Part shown: in pieces, positions 1 to 12,598 of the stretch | Layout: every line of letters starts with the position of its first letter | How positions within the stretch are numbered: the stretch's first letter is position 1 | Assembly (NCBI RefSeq): GCF_963921235.1 | Contig: NC_086097.1 | Location: 208,818,001 to 208,882,000 of the forward strand | Origin: Mobula hypostoma | Taxonomy: Eukaryota | Length of the DNA stretch: 64,000 nucleotides | Reading direction: 5' to 3' | Translations under genes and position numbers: made by a program | Notes under the pieces: model-generated | Seen by the model: the letters and a program-made list of their open reading frames with translations, nothing else | What the model was told of the DNA's origin: nothing | Databases searched by the model: none

Positions 1-259
1 TGGAATCACAAACAGATATTCTTGTCATTATCATGTAATAGTGGAGGTTACTGAGTGCGAAATAGCGATCCTGCTTCTTAGATGCAGCAGTGGTGACACT
101 TCAAATGTATTTCTTTACCAGCAAGTGTCATGCAAAGCAGGTTTGGCAAATTGCGCTTGTGAATATGCACATGTCAGCTAATTATTATTTCACTATGGTG
201 GTACTTAACTCCCTTCTTTTCGAGGCAGCTCTTGTCGAGACTTGAGGAAAGCCTGGCAA

Positions 260-2260
260 TGTTACGATGCCTGAGAAAGTGGACTATCCAGTTGACTGAT
301 GCTGAAGACCAGTGGTATTCATTTTATATTTAGATATTCCTTTCAGCCGCAGTGTTGGAGTCTAGGTTACCATCTGAGAGTTTTACTTAACGGCCCTGTT
401 TGGCCAAGCATTTATTGTTTTCTTTTCCCTTAAAATCCTGTTTGCATTAAAGTCTGTGAACTGCCTCTCTCCACACTTGGGTCATATCCAAGCATACTGA
501 CAGCAAGTCTTGACCACACAAAGATGGACCCAGCAGAGAGCAAGCAGCTGACCATGGCCCTGAGATTCACTGGTCAGATAGGGGTTAAGCTACAGGCAAT
601 TGAATCTGCTCTGGGTTTGTTGTTTTGTATGGGATGGCCCAGGATGGGCAGACGTGATCAAACTTGTATCAATCTTCATCTGGCATCTTATCTCTTTTGG
701 GTGAAGTTACTGAAGCAATGAGGCAGATAATCTCATGCGGACAAGCCCAGTCTCATCTAGAGGAACAGGGAGCATCTCTTGCAGCAACTGTTCAGTATCT
801 TACTGCACACAATTGGATTCAGGTGTCTGAGTTTTACTCATGGCTGCTGCCCACAATAGGAGTCAGCTGACTCCCATTAGCATTCTTGCCAATGCAAACT
901 CGGCAGCCACTGGCTGTCCAACTCCCAGTATCTCTCAGGGGCTTCTTTTCTGCTGCCCCAACAACCTTTGCCACTACTGCTCCCACTCCTGTGCCTGGTC
1001 CAGAACTGACACCTGTTTTCGGACCATGATTGACTCCTGCGTTTGTACAAGAACCCAAGTATTCCACCACCGGGCAGATGCTCTGGTGATCCCGAGGGCT
1101 GCAGGAATTTTATTACCCCATGCGAGCTGCCGTTCCAAGTCCTGCCTAGTTGTTTTGGTGATGATGTGTGTAAACTGGTGTACATGGCCAATCTCCCAGA
1201 TGGACCTCCATTCAACCTATTCATCGTTTTACTGGAGTAAGGATAACCCTCAGCCCAGTCCTTCTGATATTTTGTTAGAGTTAAGGAGGGTTTTTAAACT
1301 TCCAGTATGGGCTCGGGTGGTTGCTCACCGACTCCTGGACCTGTGCCAAGGCAGAGGGACAGTAAGGGCCCATGCAGTCAAATTCCACATGCTTGCAGTA
1401 GATATGGGATGGAATGAAGGATCTCTCATCACTGCCTTCCAGCATAGACTGAACGCAGGGGTCCAGCTCAAGATCGGTGTCTGGGATGAGCAGAATAGTC
1501 TGGATGATCTGATTAATCTGGCTATTCGTGTTGGAGACCGGGAAACTGAGTGGTGCAGGGAAAGAATGCTTCAAACTTCCTCCCTGCTGTCTGATCACCA
1601 TCTTTCCTCACCCTCTCCATCATCACCCACCACCCAGTCCATGGAGGAGCCTATGCAAATGGGGTGCATGTGCCAGTCTCAGGAGGAAGGAGAGCAGCAC
1701 AGGAGAACAGGTTTCTGCCTCTATTGAATTGATCTAGGACGTTTCTGGGTGGCATATCTCAAGTACCCAGTCAAAGAGGATATCTGTTAGCAGGGAGGGG
1801 AATCCTGACAGACTGGCTCTCTTTGGTCAGCTTCCCCTAGTTGTGTAATGTTCACAGCTTCCTTGTTGTGGTGGGGTGGGGACTCAAACCCATGAACTTA
1901 AAGCATTTATTGACTCGGGTGCAGCTGAGTATCCCATGGACGTTTCTCCAGCTCAAATGATGGGAAGTTCCAACTCAGGAATTAGGAGAAAAGAGCGACA
2001 TCAAGACCCTGGATGGCCAATCTCTGGGTACCACCAGACCCCTCAAACTTGTGCAAGGATGCAACCATAGAGAAGAACTCTCCTATCTGGTTGAACTGCC
2101 ACTGGAGCTAGGTCTCCCCTGGTTATCCTGACATAACCATGGATCAATTGGTTTCTTAAAGCACTCCAAGAGTTGGGACTGGCATGCTTGACCACCTAAC
2201 CAGGTCCAGCATAAGGTCGCTGTCCGGGATGAGCAGGATAGTCTGGATGATCCAGAAAGA
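260..2260 (+). mobile_element. Decayed sushi-type Ty3/Gypsy LTR retrotransposon (probable 5' LTR ~260-502, gag and protease remnants)
   Basis: TGTTA...TGACA bounded segment followed by ATGGACCCAGCAGA (MDPAE). Gag motifs are split across frames (PPGRCSGDPEGCRNFITPCEL; LLDLCQGRGTV..WNEGSLITAF..SLDDLINLAIR; EEPMQMG..FCLY then stop). Protease motif AFIDSGAA near 1900. Confidence 0.8.
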
Positions 2261-2309
2261 GGCAGTGAGAGAAGGGGATGGCATTTTTACAAGTGATAAT
2301 ATAGGAAGA

Positions 2310-2585
2310 GCCCTTTATCTCTTTCACCAATCAACTTCCCAGTTCTTTACTTCACCTCTCCCTCCCCCTCCCCAGTCTCATCTATCACCTACCACCTTGC
2401 ACTTCTTCCTCCTCTCCCCCCACCTTACTCTGACCTCATCTTTTTTCCCAGTCCTGATGAAGGGTCTCGGCCTGAAACATCGTCTGTTTACTCTTTTCCA
2501 TAGATGCTGTCTGTCTGCTGAGGTTCTCCAGCATTTTGTGTGTTGCTTGGATTTCCAATATCTGCAGATTTTCTTATTTGAGCAA
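2310..2585 (+). mobile_element. Penelope-like element 3' end fragment
   Basis: Pyrimidine-rich tract, then CAGTCCTGATGAAGGGTCTCGGCCTGAAAC and a terminal segment similar to 36160-36415. Confidence 0.85.
2449..2486 (+). ncRNA. Minimal type-I hammerhead ribozyme, mutated copy
   Basis: CAGTC-CTGATGA-AGGGTCTCGGCCT-GAAAC-ATC-GTCTG. Core boxes are intact; the helix-III palindrome and one helix-I pair are mutated. Confidence 0.65.
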
Positions 2586-2599
2586 ATTTGCAGCATCTA

Positions 2600-3450
2600 G
2601 ACAGAGGCCTGCCTGGCCAAACAAACTGTGTTCATATTGTGGCAAGGGCTCACATACACCAGACCAATGGAGATTTAAAGGCAAAACTTGCAGAAAATAC
2701 AACAAAGTAGGGCACTAACAAAGAGCATGTCATGGGATTGAGAGTTGCTGCAACTTTCTAACTGAGTTAAACTGTTGGAGGAGCTATACGCTCGTCATCT
2801 AGACATGGTCAAAATGGAAGCATTGGCTTGAAGCTTTGTCTGGTGGCCGGGAATAAATCAGCAGATCAAGCAGCTTGCCATGCACTGTTCAGAATATCAA
2901 CACGTGTGGAAGATGCAAAAAGCAATGCCTGTCCATCCCTGGGAGTGGCATGCATTGCCCTGGTAGAGTTCATGTGGATTTTACCAGACCATTCATGAGC
3001 AAAAGTTTCTTGGTAGTAGTGGATGCAGCTACAAAATGGCCAGAAGTGTTTCCAATTGCCTGAAATACAGCCTAGTACTCTGATGTGTTGAGAGTCCTCT
3101 TCTCAGGACTGGTGAGGAGAGCAGAGCCAATTGTTAGAGAAGAAAGCTGTCCACAGATGTCAGTACCACTTCCTGCAGTCCCAGAGTCAACTCCTACAGC
3201 CACCATGGAGGAGGCCCCAGACCTGAGATTATTTCAGTATAAGTATTATTATCAGTATTATTTTCAGATTATTTCATTATTATAAGTCTCACCCACCAAG
3301 TAGAGTGACACCCCCTTGTTGGGGAAAAATGTTATCCCACAAGAGTAAGAAATCACCCACAGCAATTAAATTTGAGGCCTGAAAGGGACAATTTTAAATT
3401 TACTATGCTATGGATATCTATATATAATAGTTGTATTGTAGAGTATACCA
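2600..3450 (+). mobile_element. Internally deleted Ty3/Gypsy element (Mag/K02A2.6-like); probably continues after ~4058
   Basis: Degenerate double zinc knuckle CSYCGKGSHTPDQWRFKGKTCRKYNKVGH lies close to integrase remnants (VWWPGINQQI; RVHVDFTRPFMSKSFLVVVDAATKWPEVF). Confidence 0.75.
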
Positions 3451-3458
3451 TGTATATA

Positions 3459-4055
3459 TTTTTTTCTCACCCCTTATGGGTGGTGTGTATGTGTATTTTT
3501 TCCTCAGTCTTGGATGCTCTACCAGAGGCCTGGGAGCTTGAAGGTTCAGCACAGTATTCTTGCTGTTCCTAGCAGTACACTCTTCTGGACCAAGATCTTA
3601 GATGTTGTTCCTGGGATTTGTTGGAGCCACTCTCCCAGTCCAGGTGTCACCAAGTGCTCCTCCCACCACCAGGATTACTCTGGCTTTCAACTTCCACATC
3701 CTTTCTATCTGCTCTTTCAAGCTCTGGTATTTCTCCAGCTTCTCAGTCTTCCTAATGTTACTGTCAATCGGGATTGCCATATCTATTACTATTGCTTCCT
3801 TGTCCAGTATTTCCATGTTTAATTGGTTGGCCAGTACCTGCTTATCAGTTTATCTGGAAATCCTAAAGGATCTTAGCTGTCATTCTCCACTACATTCTTG
3901 TGTGTTACCCATTTGGACTTGGAATGTCCAATCCATACTCAGTGCAGATGTTCTTGTACACAATTCCTCCAATTTGGTTCTGCCATTCAGAGTACAATGT
4001 CCCTGCCTGCATCTTGCACCCCTGCTGCTAGTGCTGGATGATTTCAGTGGATTCT
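3459..4055 (-). mobile_element. R4-clade (Rex6/Dong-like) non-LTR retrotransposon 3' fragment with restriction-like endonuclease remnant
   Basis: Minus-strand TDKQVLANQ...DKEAIVIDMAIPIDSNIRKTEKLEKYQSLKEQIERMWK..VVGGALG, preceded by an H..GC remnant of the CCHC motif. Confidence 0.8.
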
Positions 4056-4139
4056 AGAGCACTAGAGGCTGGGCATACTGTATGTGAATATGTATATAAA
4101 TATAAGATGAATAGAGATGTTCTCTAGTCATCTTATGTG

Positions 4140-4240
4140 TGGCACAGTAGCATAATTGTTTGCACAATGCTTTACAGTAGCTGCAGCCTGGGGTTCAATT
4201 CCCAACGAAGTTGTGAGAAGTTTGTACGTTCATCCTGGTT
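4140..4240 (+). mobile_element. tRNA-derived SINE head (V-SINE/HE1-like), decayed
   Basis: GGCACAGTAGCATAATTG A-box-like segment and GGTTCAATTCC B-box, followed by AGTTTGTACGTTC; similar to 48820-49090. Confidence 0.6.
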
Positions 4241-6029
4241 CCTGGGCTTTCGTTTCAATTACTTGTAAGTTTTGGAGTTACAAAACATAACTATGTACAA
4301 ATATAATCAATTAATATAATAAATCATTGTTGTAATGGTTCTATATAACTTAGTATTTATTCAATATACAAATAATATTTTAAAGTTACATTTGATACAC
4401 AAACCACCACTGGTCTATAATTAGAATTTCTCTTTAATTAGCACCAAAGGTTTTGAGCTGGAAATTATCTTCTGTACCATACTTCCTTTCTGAAAATGGC
4501 ATTTGAACAAACAAATCTCTGTACATTCTGAGATTTCTGATCAATTATATTCTCTCACTTATTTCCTTGTAAAACAATTGCCTCTCACATGCACATCAAT
4601 TGCACACTGACTCCACTACCATTCATAGTACTGGGAGTCGTTTGTGGTCACAAGTCAGCTGACCAACCAGCAAATAATCGAAATGTGGGAGGAAACTAAG
4701 GCACCCAAGGAAATCAATTTCGTCTCTAGGAGACCTTTTATACTCTACACAGGCAGTACAAGAGGTCAGGACTAAACCAAGTCATGGGAGTTGAGGTTCA
4801 ACCCTTACTCAGAATGTCTCAGGACATGAACAACACTGTGGCTAAGCTGGGAAATTAAGTTTTGTGGCAGGAAAGTGCTAGACAATAATTATTTCTATTG
4901 CCCTTCCAAAGCACGAATATCCCCCAACATCTATCCATCCTCCCCATGTACCCCCTATGCTCCACTCTCACCAAAGATTATAGCTAACCAGAAGCACAAC
5001 TGGGAAAAGAGTATTTATAAATTAATGGTACTGTGATCAGACCACAATCTGTAATTTTTTTAACATCTGTCATAACAGCCTTGGTTTCCATCAATCCACA
5101 CAAGAACTTACAGATGGATAAAAGGTTCCTTAAATTAAGCCACTGTGACAACTTCAAAGGCAACAAGATTTTACTTCAATGGAAGAATTTGGCTATAAGT
5201 AAGGTGCATATTGAGCCAATGACATCTTTCCAATTCATACAGGTTTGGATATAAGTGTAGGATGTATAAGGTTACGTGATATCAATCCATAATGTATTTG
5301 ATCTTAAAACATGACTTATTTTCCAGCTAATGTATTTGATGGAACTGACAACGTCTACTCACCTGTATGATCTTTGTATAGAGTTTAACTTGTTACCTGT
5401 GTCACTGTGTTTGGCCCATAGCTTGGAAGTTAATGGCAGTTGTGAGCATTGCGTTAATGGTAGGATGATAGATGTCATGGAGATGGACCATAAGTCTAAT
5501 AGTAACAGATGAAATGATTATCAAAATGAACATTCTATTCAATAACCAGATACTGGCTCCTACAACACTGAATTCCTTCATGGGGGGGGGCGGGGGGAAT
5601 AGGCAAATTGAGGGGATGATTGAAGGATATGTTCATAGCCTCCTGAAACAAAGCAGCCTCCCTGACTCTTGAGAATTCCTGACTGTTGATTGCTGAAAGT
5701 GGAGAAGGGTTAGTCAAGATGGCTTCTTTGCTCACCTCTGAAGCCTGGAAACTGGAGTGGAAGCAGATCCTATGCAAGCAATTGACTTTGCTTTATGATG
5801 CAAAGTCACTGCAGATACCTCTGTCATATGAAATGTACAAGAAGTTTTCATTTGAATGATTTATTTAATAGCATTAGGCCATCCGGAATGTCTACCATCA
5901 ACGCAATATTGAGCTGTGGTCCTGATGTCACACAAAAACGCAGCGATCAATCTTTGCACTTCAGGCTCATACAAGGAGCATTGTGATTATGATCAGATGA
6001 CTTGCCTTTATAAAATTCAATCAGTATGT

Positions 6030-6095
6030 ACATTGGACACCAGGACACAAAGGAAATTCCCTTGCTCTTCCTTATAACCATGGGATCTTCTTAAT
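6030..6095 (-). mobile_element. DeuSINE-like central-domain remnant
   Basis: CCAGGACAC..TTCCCTTGCTCTTC..CCATGGGATCTT resembles the reverse complement of the Deu domain as I recall it. Confidence 0.45.
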
Positions 6096-6629
6096 ACAAA
6101 GTTAGGAAAATGCAGCAGTGTATCCTTGACTTTCTTTCTTGTAGTACATCACCCAATTCCTCAGATAATTTTACTTTACTTATATATTCTCTCAATAGGA
6201 ATGCATTCTGTTTATCTGATTTCCAAGTGTGTGAGGACTCTTTAACAAGTAACAAGAATGAAAGACCTTCTCTCCCCCTAGTCCTATCCACAGCTCCCCA
6301 ACAACTGCCCAACATACAAGATATATGTTTCAACATAATGGCACGGAATTTTATTACTTTACATTTATATAGCTTGGTTCACAGTACCTGTTAGGATATA
6401 AAATTTAAATGGAAGAGTTTTATTTTCTATAATGGACTGACTGGAACCTTTGGTAAGACAGGTTGCTTCACCAACAATTTCAAAGCTGGCAGAGTTATCA
6501 GATTAATAAAGATGTCACGATGTTTCAATATGAAATCAAATCAGCCCTAAGTAGATCTAATTTATCTTTCTTCCATTAGGGAGAATGCCCCTTCTGATAC
6601 CAGGTAACCAACTAAAAAGAATTCCTTTA

Positions 6630-7055
6630 AAAGTCAAGGTCAAATTCAAAGTAAAATTTACTATCAGAGTACATACAACCCTGAGATTCCTTTTCTGCAG
6701 GCATATTTAGCAAATCTATAGAACAGTAACTGTAAACAGGATCAATGAACAACAAACTGTGCAAATGGAAATATAAATAAATAGCAATAAATGAAGTGCA
6801 TGAAATAACAAGATTAAAGGATCATTAAATGATTATAGTTATCCTCTTTTGTTCAAGATCCTAGTGGTTGAGGGGTAGAAACTGTGCCTAAGGCATTTGT
6901 ACCTTCTACCTGACGACAGTAACGAGAAAAGAGTGAGGTGGTGAGGATCTTTGATGGTGGATGTTGCTTTTCTACGGCAACCTTTCACGTAGATGTGCTC
7001 AATGCTTGGGAGGGTTTTACCCAGAATGTACTGGGCCAGATCCATTACCTGTTAT
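6630..7055 (-). mobile_element. Rex1/Babar-type LINE 3' fragment
   Basis: AQYILGKTLPSIEHIY..CRRKATSTIKDPHH..LFSLLSSGRRY C-terminal motif plus a short-repeat tail. Confidence 0.75.
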
Positions 7056-7215
7056 AATGAACTAATGCTGTATGTGAGTTCATTTTATAAGGGTAATTAG
7101 ATATTTGCATCACCTATTGTACATAATTCAATATATAAAAAAATTAGCATTTTGGGAAAATGGAAAAACAGTTTATGGTATATTTATTGGGTTATCCAAT
7201 GAATAAGCCGACATA

Positions 7216-9861
7216 AGCCGGGAAGATGTGGAATCGATATGGGTAGAGCTGCGTAACACTAAGGGGCAGAAAACGCTGGTGGGGGTTGTGCACAGGCCAC
7301 CTAACAGTAGTAGTGAGGTCGGAGATGGTATTAAACAGGAAATTAGAAATGTGTGCAATAAAGGAACAGCAGTTATAATGGGTGACTTCAATCTACATGT
7401 AGACTGGGTGAACCAAATTGGTAAAGGTGCTGAGGAAGAGGATTTCTTGGAATGTATGCGGGATGGTTTTTTGAACCAACATGTCGAGGAACCAACTAGA
7501 GAGCAGGCTATTCTGGACTGGGTTTTGAGCAATGAGGAAGGGTTAATTAGCGATCTTGTCGTGAGAGGCCCCTTGGGTAAGAGTGACCATAATATGGTGG
7601 AATTCTTCATTAAGATGGAGAGTGACATAGTTAATTCAGAAACAAAGGTTCTGAACTTAAAGAGGGGTAACTTTGAAGGTATGAGACGTGAATTAGCTAA
7701 GATAGACTGGCAAATGACACTTAAAGGATTGACGGTGGATATGGAATGGCAAGCATTTAAGGATTGCATGGATGAACTACAACAATTGTTCATCCCAGTT
7801 TGACAAAAGAACAAATCAAGGAAGGTAGTGCACCCGTGGCTGACAAGAGAAATTAGGGATAGTATCAATTCCAAAGAAGAAGCATACAAATTAGCCAGAA
7901 AAAGTGGCTCACCTGAGGACTGGGAGAAATTCAGAGTTCAGCAGAGGAGGACAAAGGGCTTAATTAGGAAGGAGAAAAAAGATTATGAGAGAAAACTGGC
8001 AGTGAACATAAAAACTGACTGTAAAAGCTTTTATAGATATGTAAAAAGGAAAAGACCGGTAAAGGTCCCCTACAGACAGAAACAGGTGAATTGATTATTG
8101 GGAGCAAGGACATGGCAGACCAATTGAATAATTACTTTGGTTCTGTCTTCACTAAGGAGGACATAAATAATCTTCCAGAAATAGTAGGGGACAGAGGGTC
8201 CGGTGAGATGGAGGAACTGAGCGAAATACATGTTAGTAGGGAAGTGGTGTTAGGTAAATTGAAGGGATTAAAGGCAGATAAATCCCCAGTGCCAGATGGT
8301 CTGCATCCCAGAGTGCTTAAGGAAGTAGCCCAAGAAATAGTGGATGCATTAGTGATAATTTTTCAAAACTCGTTAGATTCTGGACTAGTTCCTGAGGATT
8401 GGAGGGTGGCTAATGTAACCCCACTTTTTAAAAAAGGAGGGAGAGAGAAACCGGGGAATTATAGACCGGTTAGCCTAACGTCGGTGGTGGGGAAACTGCT
8501 GGAGTCAGTTATCAAAGATGTGATAACAGCACATTTGGAAAGCGGTGAAATGATCGGACAAAGTCAGCATGGATTTGTGAAAGGAAAATCATGTCTGACA
8601 AATCTCATAGAATTTTTTGAGGATGTTACTAGTAGAGTGGATAGGGGAGAACCTGTGGATGTGGTATATTTGGAGTTTCAAAAGGCTTTTGACAAGGTCC
8701 CACACAGGAGATTAGTGTGCAAACTTAAAGCACACGGTATTGGGGGTAAGGTATTGATGTGGATAGAGAATTGGTTAGCAGACAGGAAGCAAAGAGTGGG
8801 AATAAACGGGACCTTTTCAGAATGGCAGGCAGTGACTAGTGGGGTACCGCAAGGCTCAGTGCTGGGACCCCAGTTGTTTACAATATATATTAATGACTTG
8901 GATGAGGGAATTAAATGCAGCATCTCCAAGTTTGCAGATGACACGAAGCTGGGCGGCAGTGTTAGCTGTGAGGAGGATGCTAAGAGGATGCAGGGTGACT
9001 TGGATAGGTTGGGTGAGTGGGCAAATTCATGGCAGATACAATTTAATGTGGATAAATGTGAAGTTATCCACTTTGGTGGCAAAAATAGGAAAACAGATTA
9101 TTATCTGAATGGTGGCCGATTAGGAAAAGGGGAGGTGCAACGAGACCTGGGTGTCATTATACACCAGTCATTGAAAGTGGGCATGCAGGTACAGCAGGCG
9201 GTGAAAAAGGCGAATGGTATGCTGGCATTTATAGCGAGAGGATTCGAGTACAGGAGCAGGGAGGTACTACTGCAGTTGTACAAGGCCTTGGTGAGACCAC
9301 ACCTGGAGTATTGTGTGCAGTTTTGGTCCCCTAATCTGAGGAAAGACATCCTTGCCATAGAGGGAGTACAAAGAAGGTTCACCAGATTGATTCCTGAGAT
9401 GGCAGGACTTCCATATGAAGAAAGATTGGATGAGCTAGGCTTGTACTCGTTGGAATTTAGAAGATTGAGGGGGGATCTGATTGAAACGTATAAAATCCTA
9501 AAGGGATTGGACAGGCTAGATGCAGGAAGATTGTTCCTGATGTTGGGGAAGTCCAGAATGAGGGGTCACGGTTTGAGGATATGGGGGAAGCCTTTTAGGA
9601 CAGAAATTATGAAAAACTTCTTCACACAGAGAGTGGTGAATCTGTGGAATTCTCTGCCACAGGAAACAGTTGAGGCCAGTTCATTGGCTATATTTAAGAG
9701 GGAGTTAGATATGGCCCTTGTGGCTACGGGGATCAGGGGGTATGGAAGGAAGGGTGGTGCAGGGTTCTGAGTTGGATGATCAGCCATGATCACAATAAAT
9801 GGCAGTGCAGGCTCGAAGGGCTGAATGGCCTACTCCTGCACCTATTTTCTATGTTTCTATG
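7216..9861 (+). mobile_element. CR1 LINE, 5'-truncated (APE endonuclease + RT ORF2, disrupted)
   Basis: EN motifs (MGDFN, SDHN) and RT motifs (NYRPVSLTS, QHGF, GVPQGSVLGP, FADD). Stop at 7801, frameshift near 8060, CR1-type TTCTATG repeat tail. Confidence 0.95.
8091..9770 (+). pseudogene. CR1 ORF2 reverse transcriptase segment (559 aa open)
   Basis: RT domain is open, but the motif-A Asp is replaced (YLEF versus YLDF/YMDF in the other CR1 copies here) and the EN part is disconnected. Confidence 0.85.
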
Positions 9862-10015
9862 AAAGCAATATTTACATGTATAGAATTTGGTCACAACATT
9901 ACCAAATGATTTTGAGTTTCAGAATAATTATTTGCTTTTATGAATCATCCTGAATTTATTTAGGCTTAGAGCATGAAGATGTTTACACTAAAATTAATAC
10001 ACCATATAATTTTAG

Positions 10016-10285
10016 TATGAGGGTGAGTGGAGAAATGTTTAGGGGAGATGTCATAGGCAGGTTTTTATTTACGCAGAGTGTTAGGTGCCTGGAGTGCACT
10101 GCTACGAGTGAGAGTAGAGCCCGAGCTCTTAGATAGGTGTATGGGTGTAAGAAATATGCAGGGTTCTGGGCTATGTAGGAGGGAAGAGTTAGACAGATTG
10201 CGGAGAAAGTTTACATATCTTGGTACAGCATCATTGGCTGAAGAACCCATTCTATGCTGCTCTACTCTATGTTCTAAATTCTATA
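10016..10285 (+). mobile_element. CR1 3' end fragment
   Basis: TTTACGCAGAGTG..GGTGCCTGGAGTGCACTGC and a CTCTATGTTCTA tail. Confidence 0.7.
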
Positions 10286-10985
10286 ATTTGGTAAACAATT
10301 ATAAAAATTATCTTGATCTAAGCCTGTTTCAGACCTTTTCTTATTAGGAATAATATCATACCTATGCAACATTAAATAACAGGAAGTAATATTTCCCTTT
10401 TTTGATTATAGATTTCAGTAGATATTATCTTTTTGTTCCTTCGTTCTGCTTTTAACAATAGATTAAATAATCAGTTCATGCTTGGAATATTTATATCAAA
10501 AATTCCCTTTGTCCTGACAGCTGTAAGGGGAATTTTGCAAAGAAAGCTTCATAATTTTTGCTCTCGATGACAATGTACTTCCACCACAGATTATTCTAAT
10601 TTTACTACTGCTCAGACATGGCAGGTAGACTTACCTGGATTTATTTGTAATTTCCAAAAGTTGGTGAAATGCATCTGCGAAAATGCCCATGCAAATGTTG
10701 TGGTAACGCCTGAGGATGGGAACTCTGTAAATGTTTCTCCCTTGTTCAAATGTGGGTGCATGACTAAAACCAGCAAGAATCAACCAGTAAGTTTAACCAT
10801 GGTAGTGGGGAAAGTTTTAGAGGAAAATTATTGGCAGAATTTGTAGCTGTTTGGATAAGTATGATAAAAGAAAGCCAGCATGGACATTTAAATGCAAATT
10901 TTGTCCCACTAACTTGACAGAACTTGTTTTACTGAAGTAATAGAAGCAGTCAATGAGGGAATTGGAATTGATGCAATATAATCTC

Positions 10986-11655
10986 TGCCATTGAAGAGAA
11001 GATGGTGACGCGACGCAGCGCCCAGCGGCCACTCTGGAATGAATATCTGTTATTTGTTAAGTAGGATGCCGTGCACAATCCTGATTTGATGGAGATGGAC
11101 GTGAGAGGCACGGAGGAACATCTGGTGAAACTTCTGAAATGCCTGTTTTGCTACCGCTGCTATTGTGGAGGAGAAGGCCCCAAATCCTTGGCTTTGCCTG
11201 TTGTTTGGCGGCGGGGGCCGGGTTCGAAGCGCTCGGCAGAGATGGTGCTCGGTGTTGGAGGGCTGGTTGGAGGCTCGAAGTTTTCGGATGGACTCAGAGT
11301 CGGCTGTGGTCGGGTGCTTCCAGGGTGCTGCATCGGCAAGTTTACGGCGCTGGAGGCTCATGGCAGGGAGAGTTTTTCTTCCTTCTACCGTCTGCGTGAG
11401 ATGATGGGGCTATCGGGACTTTGAGACTTTCTTTTTACCATGCCCGTGGGCTGCTCTTTATCAAATTACGGTATTGCTTTGCACTGTTGTAACTATATGT
11501 TATAATTATGTGGTTTTTGTCAGTTTTAGTCTTGGTCTGTCTTCTGTTTCTGTGATATCATACTGGAGAAACATTGTATCATTTCTTAATGCATGCACTA
11601 CTAAATGACAATAAACGAGGACTGAGTGTACTCATAATCTAATAATCTAATCTAA
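10986..11655 (+). mobile_element. ~670-bp non-coding retroposon, copy 1
   Basis: Collinear similarity to 45980-46633; AGAAGATGG head, AATAAA, terminal hairpin-like GAGGAC-TGAGT-GTACTC and (TAATC)n tail. Confidence 0.8.
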
Positions 11656-12310
11656 GTGCCTCACAATAGCTTTGCTGTCAAGATTAAAGCTGAGAGAATA
11701 AGAGAGTTTGTAGCAGCATGGAACAGAAATCTGATTACATGATTGAAAACAGAGTATAGTGAAAGGTTGCTTTTCAGAGCGGTGGGAAGAGTATCCCAGG
11801 AACCGTAATAGCGCTAAAGTATTTTAACATATATATTGATGATTTGAACCTTAGGTGTGCAGGACACAATTTCTTAATTTTCAAATGACACAACATATGG
11901 AGGTGCAGTGAATTGTAAGAGGATAGTAATAAGCTTTAATGACATCTGCCTGTAAGTGCTAAATGAATCTTAGTGTAGTACATTGTGACAATAATGTATT
12001 TTGATAATAAATTTACTTTGAACTTTGAGATATAGGGACTGGTGGAAAGGACAGAAGATAATGATGAAACTTAATCCTGAGAAATTCAAAGTGACACATT
12101 CTAGTAAGGAAAAAAGGGAAGAGGTTCAAAAGAAGCTCAAGAACAGATAAATCCAGTTCTGGGTGTGAAAGCTTAGGACAGATATAAAAGTTTTAGAGAT
12201 GGTATACAAGATATTCACTAAAATGATTCCATAGATGCAGGATTTTAGTTTATATTGATAGATAGGAGAAGCTGGGACAGAGAAGAATGAAAGGGGATCT
12301 GACAAGAGAT

Positions 12311-12598
12311 TGTAGCGGTGTGCTACACACGGCGCTAAAATAACCACACGTCGTCGGTGAGTTGGAGTTGCGATGAAAGAGATTTATTCAAACTTCGCGG
12401 CCTGCTTTAAAGCCTTCCCATTCCCGCCCTCCCTCGGGCGGGATTGCTGTGGGGAATGCATATTTCCAGACCCTTTCCGTGCGCGGGATTTTCCCCCTGC
12501 TGGTGAAGATGGCGTAGCGCCCTTTTTGGGGCCGGCCCTCTGCCTGTGCGCGCTATTTCGTGAGCCGGTTCGTGTGTGCTAGAAAGTGGGTCGTCACA
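12311..12598 (-). repeat. 3' LTR (288 bp)
   Basis: Direct repeat of 16350-16636; on the minus strand it is preceded by GGCGGGGGGGTAA (PPT). Confidence 0.95.

Noticed and set aside
840..1727. 295-aa ORF as a functional PEG10/RTL-like host gene
   Set aside because: The gag N-terminal motifs lie in other frames, the zinc knuckle is cut by a stop, and the protease is disconnected.
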